From an uncultured Bacteroidales bacterium (GTDB lineage Bacteria; Bacteroidota; Bacteroidia; Bacteroidales; UBA10428), in contig CAWAHF010000004.1 of the NCBI GenBank assembly GCA_963781805.1, positions 1,242,246 to 1,306,245 on the forward strand: 64,000 nt of DNA, read 5' to 3'. Numbering within the stretch: position 1 is the stretch's first letter; the number at the start of each line of letters is the position of its first letter. The translations under genes were made by a program, and so were the position numbers. Below the pieces are notes generated by a model. The model was not told the origin of the DNA. It made no database searches and worked only from the letters and a program-made list of their open reading frames with translations. Of this stretch, positions 61,001-64,000 are shown piece by piece.

Positions 61001-62530
61001 TTATTCCCATTCAATGGTTGCAGGTGGTTTCGAACTAATATCATACACCACCCTGTTAATTCCTTTAACATTATTAATTATTCGGTTAGATATCGTACCT
61101 AAAAATTCATAAGGAAGATGTGAAAAATCAGCCGTCATGCCATCGGTTGAAGTCACAGCTCTGAGGGCTACAACATTTTCGTAGGTACGTTCATCACCCA
61201 TTACTCCCACCGACTGAACAGGAAGCAAGATGGCAGCAGCCTGCCAGACTTTATCATATAATTGAAATTCTTTTAATCCTTCAATAAAAATATCGTCCAC
61301 CTCTTGCAAAATAGCTACTTTTTCAGGCGTTACATCACTAATAATTCGTATTGCAAGTCCCGGACCCGGAAATGGATGACGGTTCAGGATGATAGCATCA
61401 ATCTTCAGCGCCCTTCCAACCCGTCTTACTTCATCTTTGAATAAAAGCTTCAGCGGTTCCACTACTTTGAGATTCATTTTTTCAGGCAAACCTCCGACAT
61501 TATGATGTGATTTAATGGTTGCAGAAGGTCCGTTTACGGAAACCGATTCAATTACATCCGGATAAATGGTACCCTGTGCAAGCCACTTCACATCTTTAAT
61601 TTTTCTTGCTTCCGCATCAAATGTTTCAATAAATATTCTACCGATTATTTTTCTCTTTTTCTCTGGTTCAACTACACCATTGAGTTCTCCAAGAAATCGA
61701 TCCTTTGCATCAATACCAATAACATTTAGCCCCATATGTTGATAAGATGCAAGTACCTTTTCAAACTCATTTTTCCTTAAAACACCGTTATCAACGAAAA
61801 TACAGGTGAGTTTTGAACCGATGGCTTTATTCAGCAAAACAGCTGCTACAGAAGAATCAACACCACCAGATAATCCCAAAACAACCTTGTCATTTCCAAC
61901 ACGCTGCTTGATTTCCATTACTGTAGCTTCTATAAATGATGCAGGGGTCCAATCTTGTTTACATCCACAAATATTTACTACAAAATTGTACAGAACTTTT
62001 GAACCTTCGGTTGTGTGATATACTTCAGGGTGAAACTGAATTCCATAAGTCTCTTCTTTATTTATCTTAAAAGCGCCGATTTTTACATCCCGGGTGCTGC
62101 CAATAATCGTATAATCATCTGGTAATCTGGCAATAGTATCACCATGCGACATCCATACCTGTGAGTTTTTTGAAAGGCTCTGCCAAAGCAATGAATCTTC
62201 GTTGTGATATTCCAGATTTGCTCTGCCATATTCTCTGTGTTTTGATGGAAGAACCTCTCCCCCGTAAAAATGAGCAAGTAACTGAGCTCCGTAGCAAATT
62301 CCAAGTAATGGTACCTTTCCTTTGATATTTGTCAGATCAGGCACCGGAGCATATTCATCTCTAACTGAAGACGGACTGCCTGATAGAATAACTCCCTTAA
62401 TATCGGAATCAACCGATGGAATTTTATTAAACGGATGTATTTCACAATATACATTCAACTCTCGTATTCTCCTGGCAATTAACTGAGTATATTGTGAACC
62501 AAAATCTAAAATAAGAATTCTTGCCTGCAC
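61001..62530 (-). CDS. guaA: GMP synthase (glutamine-hydrolysing)
   Basis: N-terminal GATase ([17 protein letters not shown]… GICYGAQL). ATP-PPase SGGVDSSV. C-terminal dimerisation domain ending …IEWE. Confidence 0.95.
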   Translation of the reverse strand: MQARILILDFGSQYTQLIARRIRELNVYCEIHPFNKIPSVDSDIKGVILSGSPSSVRDEYAPVPDLTNIKGKVPLLGICYGAQLLAHFYGGEVLPSKHREYGRANLEYHNEDSLLWQSLSKNSQVWMSHGDTIARLPDDYTIIGSTRDVKIGAFKINKEETYGIQFHPEVYHTTEGSKVLYNFVVNICGCKQDWTPASFIEATVMEIKQRVGNDKVVLGLSGGVDSSVAAVLLNKAIGSKLTCIFVDNGVLRKNEFEKVLASYQHMGLNVIGIDAKDRFLGELNGVVEPEKKRKIIGRIFIETFDAEARKIKDVKWLAQGTIYPDVIESVSVNGPSATIKSHHNVGGLPEKMNLKVVEPLKLLFKDEVRRVGRALKIDAIILNRHPFPGPGLAIRIISDVTPEKVAILQEVDDIFIEGLKEFQLYDKVWQAAAILLPVQSVGVMGDERTYENVVALRAVTSTDGMTADFSHLPYEFLGTISNRIINNVKGINRVVYDISSKPPATIEWE

Positions 62531-62593
62531 TTTATTTTTCCTTATTTAAAATGTCAAAGATAAATTATATATGAGAATTAATTCTGATCTAAT

Positions 62594-63523
62594 TTATTCC
62601 CTTCTTTTCAATGGAACATTATATTCTTTTCCGTCTTCAGCTGCCTCGGTATTTTCAAATACCTTTTTTGCTTCGGAAACGAAGGCTTCTGTTTCTTCAT
62701 ATCTTGAAGAAAAATGACCAATTATCAACTTCTGTACTCCAGCCATCTTGGCAATGGTTGCCGCCTGCGATGCAGTGGAATGAAAGGTAAGCCCGGCAAT
62801 ATTTTTGTCTTTTTCCAAAAATGTGGCTTCATGATACAAAAGGTCTATTCCTTTAACTCTTTCTGAAAGACGTGTGTGGAAAAGAGTATCTGAACAATAG
62901 GCATATGAACGACTAATGAAGGGAGGTATGGTTAATTCACTGTTGGGAATAGGATCTCCTTTTCCTGTAACATAATCCCGGCCTTTTTTAATTTGTACTA
63001 TGTCAGAGATTGAAATATTGTATTTTTCAATCAGCTCTTTACGAATATTCATTTCTCTTTCTTTTTCCCTGAATAAAAAACCAATGGTTGGAATTCGATG
63101 TTTTAACGGCAATGTTTCAATCGTAACATGTTTGTCTTCATAAAACACATATTGCTTTTTTGTTTTCAAAGGAATAAATTGAATATTATAGGACAGGTCT
63201 TTTCCAAAATGTGTTTTATAAAATTCAATCAGATATTTCAGGTCATTCTGTCCATAAACATATAAATCGGTTTTTCTGCCCAGCAGATTGAACGTTGAAA
63301 ATAATCCGGGCAATCCATATACATGGTCACCATGCATATGACTAATAAGGATATGATTTATTCTGGAAATTTTAATTCTATATTTCCTTAACTGCATCTG
63401 TGTGCCCTCACCACAATCTATCAAAAAAAAATGCTCATGCACATTAAGTGCATGAGCACTGGGAAATCTTTTTGATGTAGGCAATGCTGAACTGCTACCT
63501 AGCACCGTCAACGAGAAAGACAT
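62594..63523 (-). CDS. rnz: Ribonuclease Z (tRNA 3'-processing endonuclease, MBL fold)
   Basis: LTVLGSSSALP N-terminus and HxHxDH motif ISHMHGDHVYGL. 309 aa. Confidence 0.85.
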   Translation of the reverse strand: MSFSLTVLGSSSALPTSKRFPSAHALNVHEHFFLIDCGEGTQMQLRKYRIKISRINHILISHMHGDHVYGLPGLFSTFNLLGRKTDLYVYGQNDLKYLIEFYKTHFGKDLSYNIQFIPLKTKKQYVFYEDKHVTIETLPLKHRIPTIGFLFREKEREMNIRKELIEKYNISISDIVQIKKGRDYVTGKGDPIPNSELTIPPFISRSYAYCSDTLFHTRLSERVKGIDLLYHEATFLEKDKNIAGLTFHSTASQAATIAKMAGVQKLIIGHFSSRYEETEAFVSEAKKVFENTEAAEDGKEYNVPLKRRE

Positions 63524-63535
63524 CTCAATATATAT

Positions 63536-63886
63536 CTATTTATCAACTTCGGCAATCAATTTAGCGCCTTCATCAATCGAACTTGTAATGTTTAATACAG
63601 TATCCAGCTGAGAAATTGTGATTAATCTTTCCACTGCATCATTAAGTCCGGTTAAGACAAAGGTGCCATTTGCATTTTTACATAGCCGGTTTGCGACCAA
63701 AATAGCACTCAGGCCAGAAGAATCGCAATAACGACATTTACTTAAATCAAGTACAATATTTTTTTCGCCGTTACCAGACACAAGTACTAACTCCGACTTT
63801 AATGTGGGAGCAATATGAGTGTCTAATTTTTCCTCCAACACTTGAATTAACGTATAATTGTTTCGCTTTTCAATTTTGAATTCCAT
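63536..63886 (-). CDS. STAS-domain protein (anti-sigma-factor antagonist-like)
   Basis: 116 aa with …LDLSKCRYCDSSGLSAIL… (phosphorylatable Ser context typical of SpoIIAA-like STAS proteins). Confidence 0.7.
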   Translation of the reverse strand: MEFKIEKRNNYTLIQVLEEKLDTHIAPTLKSELVLVSGNGEKNIVLDLSKCRYCDSSGLSAILVANRLCKNANGTFVLTGLNDAVERLITISQLDTVLNITSSIDEGAKLIAEVDK

Positions 63887-63916
63887 ATTGAGAAGTTTTA
63901 GATATATTTTTAATGA

Positions 63917-64000
63917 CTAACTATCTTTTCCATCATCAGCTTTTTCTTTCTTCTCTTTCCTCTTTTGTTTCTCGTTTTTTTCCATTTCGTCTTTTAAAGC
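63917..64000 (-). CDS. C-terminal end of a minus-strand ORF that continues beyond the window (Lys/Glu-rich tail …EKNEKQKRKEKKEKADDGKDS*)
   Basis: Open frame from the window edge to the TAG at 63917. No other evidence. Confidence 0.25.
   Translation of the reverse strand, partial: ALKDEMEKNEKQKRKEKKEKADDGKDS

Overview
This window is a low-GC (~35%) chromosomal segment, almost certainly from a Bacteroidota genome. The evidence for that placement: T9SS C-terminal sorting domains, the DUF1800/DUF1501 pair, a Fibrobacter-succinogenes-major-paralogous-domain giant protein, a conserved bamD-rpoZ-coaBC-DUF4835-recN block, and TAnnTTTG-type promoter elements. It is mostly housekeeping genes. These include a non-canonical threonine operon (thrA, a HAD hydrolase, thrC, thrH) on the minus strand, fabD, fabI, folE, hldD, coaBC, recN, a RelA/SpoT homologue, guaA, RNase Z, pnuC with a NadR-like kinase, an S41 protease, and a ClC channel. 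Between them are accessory or secreted functions: a GH5 lipoprotein, a GH28-like hydrolase, several T9SS cargo proteins, and a 2079-aa repeat protein. I found no rRNA, tRNA, CRISPR array, transposase or integrase. The parts I think most deserve follow-up are these six. (1) A class-II Fic gene bracketed by ~90-bp direct repeats, next to a DUF952 gene. (2) A SiaB-like kinase with two DUF1987 (SiaC-like) paralogues but no PP2C phosphatase or GGDEF partner in a c-di-GMP-poor lineage. (3) A tight three-gene operon (hypothetical, membrane-anchored MutS-like ATPase, TraB/GumN) followed after a short gap by a DUF2339 membrane protein gene. (4) A C-rich tandem repeat and polyproline upstream ORF in the thrA leader, plus a CCCGGAA heptamer array just 3' of fabD. 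(5) A ~250-bp element bounded by inverted repeats in the 33.3-33.9 kb intergenic region. (6) A TAT-signal + T9SS-CTD DUF1501 protein. All calls come from reading the sequence and recalling family motifs; no database search was run.
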